Assembly (NCBI RefSeq): GCF_009914755.1
Contig: NC_060925.1
DNA from: the human T2T-CHM13v2.0 reference genome, Homo sapiens
Length of the DNA: 64,000 bases
Reading direction: 5' to 3' (one strand)
Below, in pieces: positions 1 to 11,222 of this stretch (position 1 is its first letter; each line of letters opens with the position of its first letter). Position numbers and translations under genes: made by a program. The notes beneath the pieces are model-generated. The model worked only from the letters and a program-made list of their open reading frames with translations, was not told the origin of the DNA and searched no databases.

Positions 1-272
1 GTGGTTTATTTGAGCTCCCTGACTAGAAAGTGAAATGTGAGTAAAAATATTACATTAATGTAATGAATTTGTATATTTTCTTTTCTGCTTTGTTTCATAG
101 TTTGTAAAAATCTCTGGTAGTATAAATTCTAATAAATGCAGTTGATTACATCAAGTAGCTAACCTATGTGGGAAGTAATCTGAAGCCATTACAGTTAATC
201 AGGTGAACTTGGTTGCCTGGAAAATATCTTTAGCAATTTAATATTCTCATAACTTGCTTGTGTCAATTTTAG

Positions 273-392
273 GAACTTGGATTTTTCCAAAGGTCACCAG
301 GGTATTACAGGGGACAAAGAAGGCCAGCAACGACGAATACGACAGCAACGCTTGATCTCTATAGGCAAATGGATTGCTGATAATCAGCCAAG
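273..392 (+). CDS. SMG7: SMG7 internal coding exon (NLDFSKGHQG...KWIADNQPR)
   Basis: ttttag acceptor at 271-272 and AG|gtaagt donor at 393; 120 nt; translation matches SMG7 as I recall it and is in frame with the next exon. Confidence 0.95.
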
Positions 393-443
393 GTAAGTCT
401 GGAACTTCTGGTCTACCCCTTTTTAACCACCTTTTTAGATAAA

Positions 444-478
444 CACATGCGCGCACACGCGCGCGCACACACACACAT
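444..478. repeat. Alternating purine-pyrimidine (CA/CG)n tract
   Basis: acacatgcgcgcacacgcgcgcgcacacacacacat. Confidence 0.85.
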
Positions 479-804
479 CTCATATGTTACGTATTTTAGG
501 CTTTGGTATAAATATTGTCAATCATGAACTCTTAAATCGACATGTTGGTAGCACAACATCTAATTATAACCCTAGTGAGTAAGTATACTCTTTATTTAGA
601 ATCTCTGTTCTCCCTATTGTGTATTACAGAGGTCTTTCTTGTTTATCGTGAGTTTCTGCTCTAATTTATAAATATCTCTGTAAATCTAACTGAACTGTAC
701 TTTCACAGTCATGGTAATTTGTATTGGCCTGGGCATGGTAGTCAGTTTCAGGCAGGACAGACCAAGATCGTGCTAGTAGCCAGTTAAGTACAAAGCAGAT
801 GTGG

Positions 805-1130
805 TCGTTAGTGTAGGGAAAAGAACGCAGGTTTTGTAATTCCATTGGTTTGAGTTCCGTTTCGAGTTCCGCAGCTTCTCAAGTGGGTGTCCTTGGGATC
901 TCCCCAGTAGATTATAACCTTTCCAAAGTCACTAACTACTTCCTCATTTTTGTATTCAGGTTTCTGTCATACAGTAGGTAGTTAAATGCTTCCATGTTTG
1001 AATGAACTTACCACCTCCAAGCTTCAATTTTCACATCTATAGAATAGGAATTATATATAGCTACCTTATAGGACATATCAAGGGCCCTAGACCAGTGTCT
1101 TGCACTTGAAGCATGCTCAGAAAATGTAAA
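805..1130 (+). mobile_element. MIR fragments
   Basis: MIR core-like cttcaattttcacatctatagaataggaat...ctaccttatagga. Confidence 0.6.
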
Positions 1131-1364
1131 TTCTAGCAAACGTTGAAAGAGCCAGAGGGATAGGTTGTGACGATGTTAAGTGTGATAATGAGAACCTCAG
1201 TTTCTACATAACTACTTTTTGTGTTACCTGAATCCACATTGTTATATCCTGCTGTTTTCATGGTTATTAGTGCTAGGAATATATTGACTTGGATCCACAC
1301 ACAATTCAGTTGTTATTTTTTAAGTTAATGTTTTTTATATATGGATTTATTTTTGCTTTTTTAG

Positions 1365-1791
1365 GCTGATTCAGTGTGAAAATGAGGTAGGGAAATTGTT
1401 GTTTATCACAGAAATCCCAGAATTAATACTGGAAGACCCCAGTGAAGCCAAAGAGAACCTCATTCTGCAAGAAACATCTGTGATAGAGTCGCTGGCTGCA
1501 GATGGGAGCCCAGGGCTAAAATCAGTGCTATCTACAAGCCGAAATTTAAGCAACAACTGTGACACAGGAGAGAAGCCAGTGGTTACCTTCAAAGAAAACA
1601 TTAAGACACGAGAAGTGAACAGAGACCAAGGAAGAAGTTTTCCTCCCAAAGAGGTGAGAAGGGACTATAGCAAAGGAATAACTGTAACTAAGAATGATGG
1701 AAAGAAGGACAACAACAAGAGGAAAACTGAAACCAAGAAATGCACCTTAGAAAAGTTACAGGAAACAGGAAAGCAGAATGTGGCAGTGCAG
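1365..1791 (+). CDS. SMG7: SMG7 coding exon (LIQCENEVGKLLFITEIPE...QNVAVQ) with internal alternative donor after 1653
   Basis: ttttag at 1363-1364, CAG|gtaagc at 1792; overlaps ORF 1396..1806; internal GAG|gtgaga removes 138 nt in frame. Confidence 0.95.
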
Positions 1792-2205
1792 GTAAGCTGT
1801 ATTTGAACTATAAAGCAGGTAGAGGAAGGCTCACACAAAAGGCAAGATTTTTCATTTTGTTCTAAAGCCATGAGAATTGGCCGTCCTGGAAGTTTAAATG
1901 CATTATTTAATTGCATAGTAAGGTTATATAAAGAGCTGTGATAGATGGTTACTTTTTCAATTCTTGGGAATTGTGAGTGAAAAAAAAATCTCAGCCTGAT
2001 TTGACACTTTCGTCAGTCTTCACCAATTTAAGCAGTTTGAAAGGATTAGTTGCAGAGTTGTCAGTTTCACACAGGATTATATTTTATTTAGAAGATATAA
2101 CTACCATTTGTCAATGCTATAGTGGAGATTTGGGGTCTTCTGTAGATCCAGTAGAACCAAGAGTATATTAAGGCTTATGCAGTTTTTTTTTTTAGATTCA
2201 CTATA

Positions 2206-2214
<9 letters not shown>

Positions 2215-2260
<46 letters not shown>
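2215..2260 (+). repeat. (TG)23 microsatellite preceded by (TA)n
   Basis: direct reading. Confidence 0.97.
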
Positions 2261-2263
<3 letters not shown>

Positions 2264-3643
2264 TTTTTTTCTTGGAAAAATATGAGACTTTTTTATTGAC
2301 AATTATACTTGTCCCGGCTATTGGTATTAATATCACTTTAATCTTATCCTGGATCCTGGGAATTTATAAAGGAAGAACCCAGGTTTCTTGCTGGGAAAAG
2401 ATAAGCACTGCTCAGTTATTTGTGACTTTCTTTTTATTAATATATTTTCCCAAATAGAAAAGATGGTTTCATGTAAACAGAAAAGGGCCTTTATTCTGTG
2501 ATGGTTTTATTAATACTATTAATGTTTGAATAAATACTTAAGCAGCCATGTGAGTTGTTAACACATTTTAGCAAATGTATGTGTTTGCATGAGAAACTTT
2601 ACATTGTTGAAGGCTGCTTACAAATAAATAGTACCTTTGAAGTATTTCTCTAATTTTTTTGAGAAAGAGAAATAAGAAAATAATAGTTCCATTTTAACAT
2701 TATAGCAAGGAGAGAAACAGAAAGACAAGGTAGAAATTAAGACATAGGGGAGAGAGAGAGATGCTAGGGAAAGGCAAGAAAAAAAAAAATGAACTAGAAA
2801 GCCAAAGGATCCGAGTTTTAGAGATAATGAGTCCAGCATTTTCTGTTTACCTTTCCTCCATTCTCTGTAACTGCTCACAATAAGGTCCAGACTGAAAATA
2901 CAATCTCCTTTTTTGGTTTCTCATCCATCTCAAATCACCTATAAATGATTAAAGAAAGAAAGAGTAAACATATCACCACACTCTGTACCTCGTCCCGGGT
3001 TTTCTATAAATGCTACTCATGTTCCCTCATTTTGCTCAACTTTGAGCAGTGCATATGACATCTACTCTCTGGCTCCATCTATAGGATCTCAGGGCCTGTT
3101 CCTTACTGCTGAAAGTATCCTTATTTATTCTGAAGGGTGGTAAAGTTGCAGGGTGGAAGGTGGATGCCTGACTGCACATATGGCTACCCAGATGAAATCA
3201 AACTGAGGGCCAAAATAACTCACCTATGGGTTAATAGTCATTATTAGTTCATAATTCATGTATGTCGTTTAATGAATTAGAGTATAGAGAACCCTGGGCC
3301 CCAGAACAAGCAACTTAAAGTCATAGACAAGTTTTTTTCAACTTGTTAGCATCAGGCATCTCATTTGTAAAACAAATGGGCTCTAAGGTCCTTTACATTT
3401 TTGGATTTTTGTGATCATGGGAAAGCAAAATAATTAGTAAAACTAAGATAGTAAAATTATCTTTTATTGGCTATTAAATAATTTGCTTTGATTTTCCATT
3501 TTTAACTTAGGTGAATTTAAATATCTTCAGCATGTACTTTTTGATCTAATGAGGTTTTAAATACTTTCTTAGGAGTAGGGTCTTCTTTCTAGCACATTTG
3601 AGTTTCAATTTATTATAGATAGTTTTGCTTCTATTGGTTACAG

Positions 3644-3788
3644 GTAAAATCCCAGACAGAACTAAGAAAGACTCCAGTGTCTGAAGCCAGAAAAACACCT
3701 GTAACTCAAACCCCAACTCAAGCAAGTAACTCCCAGTTCATCCCCATTCATCACCCTGGAGCCTTCCCTCCTCTTCCCAGCAGGCCAG
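3644..3788 (+). CDS. SMG7: SMG7 coding exon (VKSQTELRKTPVSE...PPLPSRP)
   Basis: tacag acceptor and CAG|gtaaat donor; 145 nt; phase joins both neighbours. Confidence 0.93.
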
Positions 3789-4220
3789 GTAAATATGTTT
3801 TGTAATTTCTTCTACTTAATCTTTTCTGTGCAAGAATTTCTATTCAGTCACTGAGAAATGTGTTTTCTGTTGGAGTAATGTTACTAAGCCATAAAAAGTT
3901 CTATTTTCCCTAATACTTATAAAATTATTTTTGAACTGTTTGTGTGTAGTGTACATACAAGTGCATGTTTGTTATTATGAAGGAAATCCTATCACTAAAT
4001 ACAGAAGCTACTCACAGAACACTGATTACTTCAGTGGATAGAGGAAAAATATCAAGTCTATTTTTAGTTCTTCAAATCAAGTTAAAGATTGACAACATGA
4101 CTAATCTCTTTTGTGATGTGTTAGAAGACTCCCTCTACCTACCTGTTAAAAAAAAAATGACTTTTTTTGCAATTTTTTGCTGTTTCCTTAAAACTAAAGC
4201 TGTGTTCTTCTGTTTTGAAG

Positions 4221-4603
4221 GGTTTCCGCCCCCAACATATGTTATCCCCCCGCCTGTGGCATTTTCTATGGGCTCAGGTTACACCTTCCCAGCTGGTGTT
4301 TCTGTCCCAGGAACCTTTCTTCAGCCTACAGCTCACTCTCCAGCAGGAAACCAGGTGCAAGCTGGGAAACAGTCCCACATTCCTTACAGCCAGCAACGGC
4401 CCTCTGGACCAGGGCCAATGAACCAGGGACCTCAACAATCACAGCCACCTTCCCAGCAACCCCTTACATCTTTACCAGCTCAGCCAACAGCACAGTCTAC
4501 AAGCCAGCTGCAGGTTCAAGCTCTAACTCAGCAACAACAATCCCCTACAAAAGCTGTGCCGGCTTTGGGGAAAAGCCCGCCTCACCACTCTGGATTCCAG
4601 CAG
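4221..4603 (+). CDS. SMG7: SMG7 coding exon, Pro/Gln-rich (GFPPPTYVIPPP...HHSGFQQ)
   Basis: ttttgaag acceptor, CAG|gtaagt donor; within ORF 3965..4639. Confidence 0.95.
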
Positions 4604-5256
4604 GTAAGTTACAGTTGTGTGTACTATCCAGCTGAATGAAATAAGGGGAAATGCTGAAAGATTCAATGTTAGAAATGCTCATTAAACTTTGACATACTTC
4701 TTGCTTAGATTTATAGTGATTATGGGAAAACAAAAGTATTGTCTCTACTGTTTATGAAAGTTCAAATGTTTTCCTTACTCTTGTAAAGGATAAAATACTA
4801 GATCTTAAGTACCATTCTTGGCTGCTACTAAGTGTCCATTTTATTGAAAATGGATTTTCTGCAAATAATTCTCCTATAGGAACATAAACTACTAGGGAAA
4901 TAGAATCACAGTCTTGATGAGGTGCTAAGACAGATGTGACACCAATCTTAAATGTTGTCGTTGGAAGCACAGCACTTGAAGCAGAAAGGGGAAACAAACA
5001 CTCTTATGCAAATATATTCATTCATTCATTAAACCTCTTAAATAGTTGAATTAAAAGAAAATATGAGTGTGGTGCCCATAATCTGTTTCCAAAAAGCTCT
5101 GAGTATTGAATAGCCCAAAAGGTAAAGGAAACTGCTGCCTTGCCTAGAGTTTTGTTGGTTGGAAAACACCCCAAGTTCATTCTGTGATTCTTTAGCATTC
5201 ATTATAAGTAATATTGCATTTTATCCTCACCTTTATGACAGGCGTCTCTTTTTTAG

Positions 5257-5628
5257 TATCAACAGGCAGATGCCTCCAAACAGCTGTGGAATCCCCCTCA
5301 GGTTCAAGGCCCATTAGGGAAAATTATGCCTGTGAAACAGCCCTACTACCTTCAGACCCAAGACCCCATAAAACTGTTTGAGCCGTCATTGCAACCTCCT
5401 GTAATGCAGCAGCAGCCTCTAGAAAAAAAAATGAAGCCTTTTCCCATGGAGCCATATAACCATAATCCCTCAGAAGTCAAGGTCCCAGAATTCTACTGGG
5501 ATTCTTCCTACAGCATGGCTGATAACAGATCTGTAATGGCACAGCAAGCAAACATAGACCGCAGGGGCAAACGGTCACCAGGAGTCTTCCGTCCAGAGCA
5601 GGATCCTGTACCCAGAATGCCGTTTGAG
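5257..5628 (+). CDS. SMG7: SMG7 coding exon (YQQADASKQLWNPP...VPRMPFE)
   Basis: ttttttag acceptor, GAG|gtgtgt donor; 372 nt; overlaps ORF 5326..5667. Confidence 0.95.
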
Positions 5629-6393
5629 GTGTGTGTTCTTTCCTATCACCAGGCAATTTGGAGATAGGTCTGAGGTTGACTGTCTTTTGAATATCTCAAA
5701 TAGATCTTATAAAAAGGCCACTCTTATTCGTTAGTACTATAGAATGCCACTGAGTATTGGTGTAGCTCTTGGTTTCCTCCTCAGAGTTGCACAGTATGTT
5801 TTAGTTTGGAAGCTGAAGAATTCCGTAACTGATTTTGAACTCTGATGGTCTGGCAAAGAAACCATGTACAGAAATCTCTAAAACAGCATGTTAGAGAATT
5901 CTGAGACAAAGCACTCCTCTCAGTTGGGCTGAATCATCTAAGTTTAAAAATAGGTTTACTGATATTTAAATAAATTGCTCTCTGAGAGGAACAAGGTTAG
6001 CCAGTTATCTTGGACAGTGGAGGTCCCTTTCTTTGCCCTTTTTATTCATGAGAAACAGGTGAATGTTAGTAACTTTTTAAAAGATCTGTTTCTCTGTTAG
6101 CACAAGATATGCTAATCATTTTGCTCCATAGCATTGTTTTACTCACTAGCCACATTAACCTTTTGTGTTCTGCTCTGTCAGTATTTTTGCTTTTCTATTG
6201 TCTTGAACTTTCTCCATTATTGTCCTTGTGTCGCTTTGCCTTTGCATTTCAGAGCGTTTTTTCTCTTTGCCTAATACCATCTATCTCACTATCCCCTTGA
6301 CTTTAGTTGTCTTCTTCCACCTAATTATGCTACTATTCCTTTATGCTTTTGTTATCCCTTATTGCTTCTCACTGTGATGCTTTCTGTCACTAG

Positions 6394-6543
6394 GACCCCA
6401 AGAGCTCCCCTCTGCTTCCTCCGGACCTGTTAAAGAGTCTGGCTGCCTTGGAGGAAGAGGAAGAGCTGATTTTTTCTAACCCTCCTGATCTTTACCCGGC
6501 TCTGCTGGGGCCTCTCGCCTCTCTTCCTGGACGAAGCCTTTTT
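6394..6543 (+). CDS. SMG7: SMG7 alternative cassette exon, 50 aa (DPKSSPLLPPDLLKSLAALEEEEEL...GRSLF)
   Basis: cactag acceptor after long pyrimidine tract, TTT|gtatgt donor, 150 nt phase 0/0; matches an insertion I recall in longer SMG7 isoforms. Confidence 0.85.
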
Positions 6544-8498
6544 GTATGTATTTGACATAATTCTGCTTCTTGGTCTAACCCCCAGCTGCTTCTCTGAGAT
6601 ACTGTAGTACACAGATTAGGTGATTTCTTCTCTTCCTGGGGCTGTCCTTTTCAGAACTGTAAAACATATTTTCTAATTGCCTAAACCAACCTTAAGTTGG
6701 TAGTAGGATATAGCAAAACATTTCTGCCTTTATAGTTCTCCCAAATCATGGAGACATACCTTGGTTTTATGTGTTATCCAGAAAGCATTCTGCAGAGCTG
6801 GTCACACACACGATGTGATGGTGACAAATTAACTCACTTTGCAGGTGACACTTCCATCTGGACCCAGAAATTTTAAGTATCATTTAATCTTGCTTAGGAA
6901 CAGTGAGATTTATTTCTCATATGTAGCCAAAATATGAAAGGAAATATGTTCTTGATTTTTTTTTTGACTGACATTACTGAACAGTATATGGCTCTTTTTT
7001 GTTTGGTTAACTAAATGCAGAAAGAGCCCTGATCTAAATTCAAAGTTGGATTCATAAACAGAATGAGTAAAAATGAAGAGGATTCTATTTATAAACATTG
7101 TCAGAGTGTCATAAATGAGTAAATATGAAAATAACTAGAATCACATAAAATAAAATCTGAGAACTCAGCCTGCATTTCAAAGAACATCATTCTATATGCT
7201 TGTCAGTGTTCATATTATATTTTACTGTGGGTGGGGAGTATAAAAGATGGAAAGAAAGATGTATGCTATGAGGCTTTTTCCCCTCTCTTTATTACACCTT
7301 AATAAAACATAAAAAGATAGTAAATTTTACTTTCTTGCTGTTTCTTTCTCATAAACACAGGGCAAGAACACATTCGTAAAATTAAAGTACATTAATTTTA
7401 GTGTCAAGAGAAATAAAACCTTAACAGCTTTCATGACATTGCTGCCATCCCTGGCACTTGAAGTTCCCTTAAGAATTTGCCTGGGTAGTAGCAGTAGGGG
7501 CCCCATACCAAGTTATTAAATAATAGCAATAAAAGATCCCCCTGGAGACTTAAATGGTAGCAGTGCCATGGCTGAGCGCACAGGGATTGTGGAAGCTCAG
7601 CTGCTATACTGTTGCCTCTCTATGTTTGCCTTTCTTGTGGCTTTTATGCTAGAGTGGCTTTAAGGACTGAGGGTAGTGCTTCTCTGTCCACTTGTTTCCT
7701 AATCCCTTAGTTCCTGTTCCTGTTCCCTTAGTGTCCCTTTCATTGGAAATGGAGCTGATGGTAGAACAAGTGGGAGTATTTTCAGGGTTTTTTTTTCATG
7801 TTTAAAAGACAACAATGAATAAAAAAAACTTCGACTATAACCCTTCCAATATTTAACATTAATGATACAACGTATGTCAAAGTGCTTCTCTTGTCGTAGG
7901 TATTTAGTAATGTTTTATTAGCCAGCTATTCAGTGACAGCATTAGAGATTCAGCTTTGTTTCTCCTAATAACTTTGCTAGGGCCAATAAATGTAAGCTTG
8001 ACTTTTAGCAACTGTTTTACTATATACTGCAAATAGAGCTGCTTAAAAAGCATATTAACAAAGCCATTTGTCAAATGGATTTGAAAGGCTTTTTAAAAGT
8101 CACCAATGTTAATGTTTTAAAAATTGTGGGGTGGAGAGAAACAGTGTTGGAACAGTTCAGCATTTTGTTTTGAGATTAAGTGCAACTATTGACAAGGGGA
8201 TTCCTGAGGTCCATGCCTCATAAACACTCAGAGTGCTGTTTACCAGGGTCTCTGGTCCCTGCCAGAATATAATCTCTGACTAGGTTTGATCTAAAAGGAG
8301 GATTCTATGCACCTGTGGCAACTGGCACTTAGGCGGTGTCTTGGTGTTAACAGATTTGAATTCACATCTTCTGAGCCTCAAATTGTACTCAGTGGGCGAA
8401 TACAGGCATGCTTTTGCTTTGGTTCCATAGTATGGTAAGATTAATATTAAGAAAATAGAAGGTATAACTTAATTACCTTTTTTTCTGGGACTGTGAAG

Positions 8499-8579
8499 AA
8501 ATCCTTATTGGAGAAGCCCTCAGAGCTCATGTCACATTCATCCTCTTTCCTGTCCCTCACCGGATTCTCTCTCAATCAG
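8499..8579 (+). CDS. SMG7: SMG7 coding exon (KSLLEKPSELMSHSSSFLSLTGFSLNQ)
   Basis: gtgaag acceptor, CAG|gtaggt donor, 81 nt. Confidence 0.9.
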
Positions 8580-9054
8580 GTAGGTGAACAATGAAGAATC
8601 CTGCTGTGTGCTTTTAGTGTAGACTGATCATTGTCTTTCTCATACTGTTTCAGTATGTCTGTTTTTTCTTTATTTTCCATGTATTAGTGTATTCCAGATA
8701 TTTGATTTTATCCCCCTTGTCTCTGATTGGGGCATACTAGTGACTTGTACATCATGAATTAAAACCCTTTAACTTCTCATTAATATTGAAACCCTTAGGG
8801 CTCTCTTTTTGAGCCAAATAAATTATTCACATTTTCAACCTGGATAGTTTACACAGAGCAAATTTAAGGGTGAGAGAAAGCAAAGAGGAAAATTAATTTG
8901 ACTGGAAAATTGAAACAAAAAGAAATAAAAGCCTTCAAAATTTCTCTTCCTAAGAAAAGCTTAAGGTGTACCAAGCATCCATGAACAAGACATTGGATTT
9001 TCTCAAATCTCTTTCCTTGGGGTGAGTTTATAACTTCACTGTCATGTCTTTCAG

Positions 9055-9214
9055 GAAAGATACCCAAATAATAGTATGTTCAATGAGGTATATGGGAAAA
9101 ACCTGACATCCAGCTCCAAAGCAGAACTCAGTCCCTCAATGGCCCCCCAGGAAACATCTCTGTATTCCCTTTTTGAAGGGACTCCGTGGTCTCCATCACT
9201 TCCTGCCAGTTCAG
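9055..9214 (+). CDS. SMG7: SMG7 coding exon (ERYPNNSMFNEVYG...SPSLPASS)
   Basis: tttcag acceptor, CAG|gtatta donor; overlaps ORF 9076..9279. Confidence 0.93.
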
Positions 9215-9534
9215 GTATTAACTACTCTTTAAATTATAGACCTTACATTTCCTGTACACTCAGATTGATTAAGGGATAGTGAGATTCTGTAATTACAAAT
9301 ATATCATTTGTTGGGTTATTTTTATTTTTTGTTTGTTTGTTTTTGTAACTTCTGAAAGGAAATAGAAAAAAAAAAAGAAGAAGCCGGTTTATGTAATAAA
9401 TGCTACTGACAAAACTTTTTACATCCTCAGTAGCCAGCAGAGATGTAAGGGAGAAAATAGAGGTTCTATCTTATGGTTCTCAGCTGCTTTTTAGTTTTAT
9501 TTGTAGGTGTTCATTCTTTGCAGAAAAATTGCAC

Positions 9535-9690
<156 letters not shown>

Positions 9691-10041
9691 TAGAGTCTGA
9701 CTTAATAGTAATTCTTAAGGTTAGCAAATTCTTTCTGATACATAAGACCAATAAACATGTATCTGAAATAGCCGTGTGAGAATAGGGCATTCATTCAGTT
9801 GACAAAAATTGCCTACTATTTTATTTTGCTTTTTTAAGGCGAAGAATATGCCTTAGATATGTGTGGCAGGGCAAATTAGTGCATCTAGCAGATCTCTTTG
9901 GAGCCTTTAGTTTCCCTTTCCTTCAAAGCCCTGTGGTTATTGTTAGTAGAATTTTAGTGATCAGATCTACAGGAACCTGTAGTTCTTTGTATGTTTGTGA
10001 AACAATGATTTACTATATCCTGTGTTGCTATTATTTAATAG

Positions 10042-10212
10042 ATCATTCAACACCAGCCAGCCAGTCTCCTCATTCCTCTAACCCAAGCAGCCTACCCAGC
10101 TCTCCTCCAACACACAACCATAATTCTGTTCCATTCTCCAATTTTGGACCCATTGGGACTCCAGATAACAGGGATAGAAGGACTGCAGATCGGTGGAAAA
10201 CTGATAAGCCAG
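10042..10212 (+). CDS. SMG7: SMG7 coding exon (DHSTPASQSP...WKTDKP)
   Basis: aatag acceptor, CAG|gtgaga donor; within ORF 9861..10307. Confidence 0.93.
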
Positions 10213-10335
10213 GTGAGATCTACATTTCATTGCCAGGCAAAATTGAAAGAATTTACTCTATCCTTCCCTGGGGTCTGGCAATTGGCAGTGATAGAACATC
10301 TTCTTGAATTTTTCTTATCTCTTTTCATCCCTTAG

Positions 10336-10481
10336 CCATGGGTGGGTTTGGCATTGATTATCTCTCAGCAACGTCATCCTCTGAGAGCAGTTGGCATCAG
10401 GCCAGCACTCCGAGTGGCACCTGGACAGGCCATGGCCCTTCCATGGAGGATTCCTCTGCTGTCCTCATGGAAAGCCTAAAG
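10336..10481 (+). CDS. SMG7: SMG7 penultimate coding exon (AMGGFGIDYL...VLMESLK)
   Basis: cttag acceptor, AAG|gtgagt donor; overlaps ORF 10338..10559. Confidence 0.93.
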
Positions 10482-11108
10482 GTGAGTAGATTTCAGGAAC
10501 AAGAACCACAAGATTATTACAGCAAAGGTGTCTCTGCTTTCATTCACATAAATAGCTAGACTTCTCAGGCCCTCGGAGTTGACTGATACATAGCACATAT
10601 ATAACAAAGTCCTAGAAACATGGTCTGCCTTACAAGATTCTTGAGTGATAATTTTTAATTTCTGAATTCACTAGTGGTAAAGCAGTATCTTCAGGAGGAC
10701 AAAAACAAAGGTTTTAGTTTCATTCTAAGGTTAAGAAAATTCTGATTCATTTTGGAATGTTTGATTTAAGCCTTTTCTGACAAAATAAGAGTATCTAATT
10801 TTAGAAATGTTTTATTTGCCTGAAAACTTTATAGTAAATGCCCTGTGTGGTACCACATACAGCTGAGTTTCAGTAAAAAGACTTGACATAAAATGTGATT
10901 TCACTTCTTCTGGTTTAAAATAGTCTTAATGGAAACTAACTAGCTTTAAGAGTCTTATAATGACTTTTTCTAATAGCTGGATTTTTATGGGGAGTGGGGT
11001 TGGGTTTTGGGGCCATATATATGCCTTTATATTTGGCTGGGATTGAAAAATCCCTTTCAGACAACTTGGCATTTGACCTCTGCTGACAAGATCTGGACTG
11101 TTTTTCAG

Positions 11109-11222
11109 TCTATCTGGTCCAGTTCCATGATGCATCCTGGACCTTCTGCTCTGGAGCAGCTGTTAATGCAGCAGAAGCAGAAACAGCAACGGGGACAAGG
11201 CACCATGAACCCTCCACACTGA
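11109..11222 (+). CDS. SMG7: SMG7 last coding exon, canonical C-terminus (SIWSSSMMHPGPSALEQLL...MNPPH*)
   Basis: ttttttcag acceptor at 11107-11108, phase 0, TGA at 11220-11222. Confidence 0.93.
   Translation, partial: SIWSSSMMHPGPSALEQLLMQQKQKQQRGQGTMNPPH

Noticed and set aside
3965-4220. 85-codon in-frame intronic extension of ORF 3965..4639
   Set aside because: Full intron retention hits TAA six codons after the donor, the composition is intron-like, and the true acceptor is at 4220; a possible in-frame AG at 4067 is weak and unsupported
7556-7715. Two hairpins as a possible H/ACA snoRNA
   Set aside because: No ANANNA hinge directly after the first stem, no ACA after the second, and the spacer is too long
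6544-8498. Possible U12-type intron given the weak donor and acceptor
   Set aside because: Donor is GTATGT, not GTATCCTT, and there is no TCCTTAAC branch site
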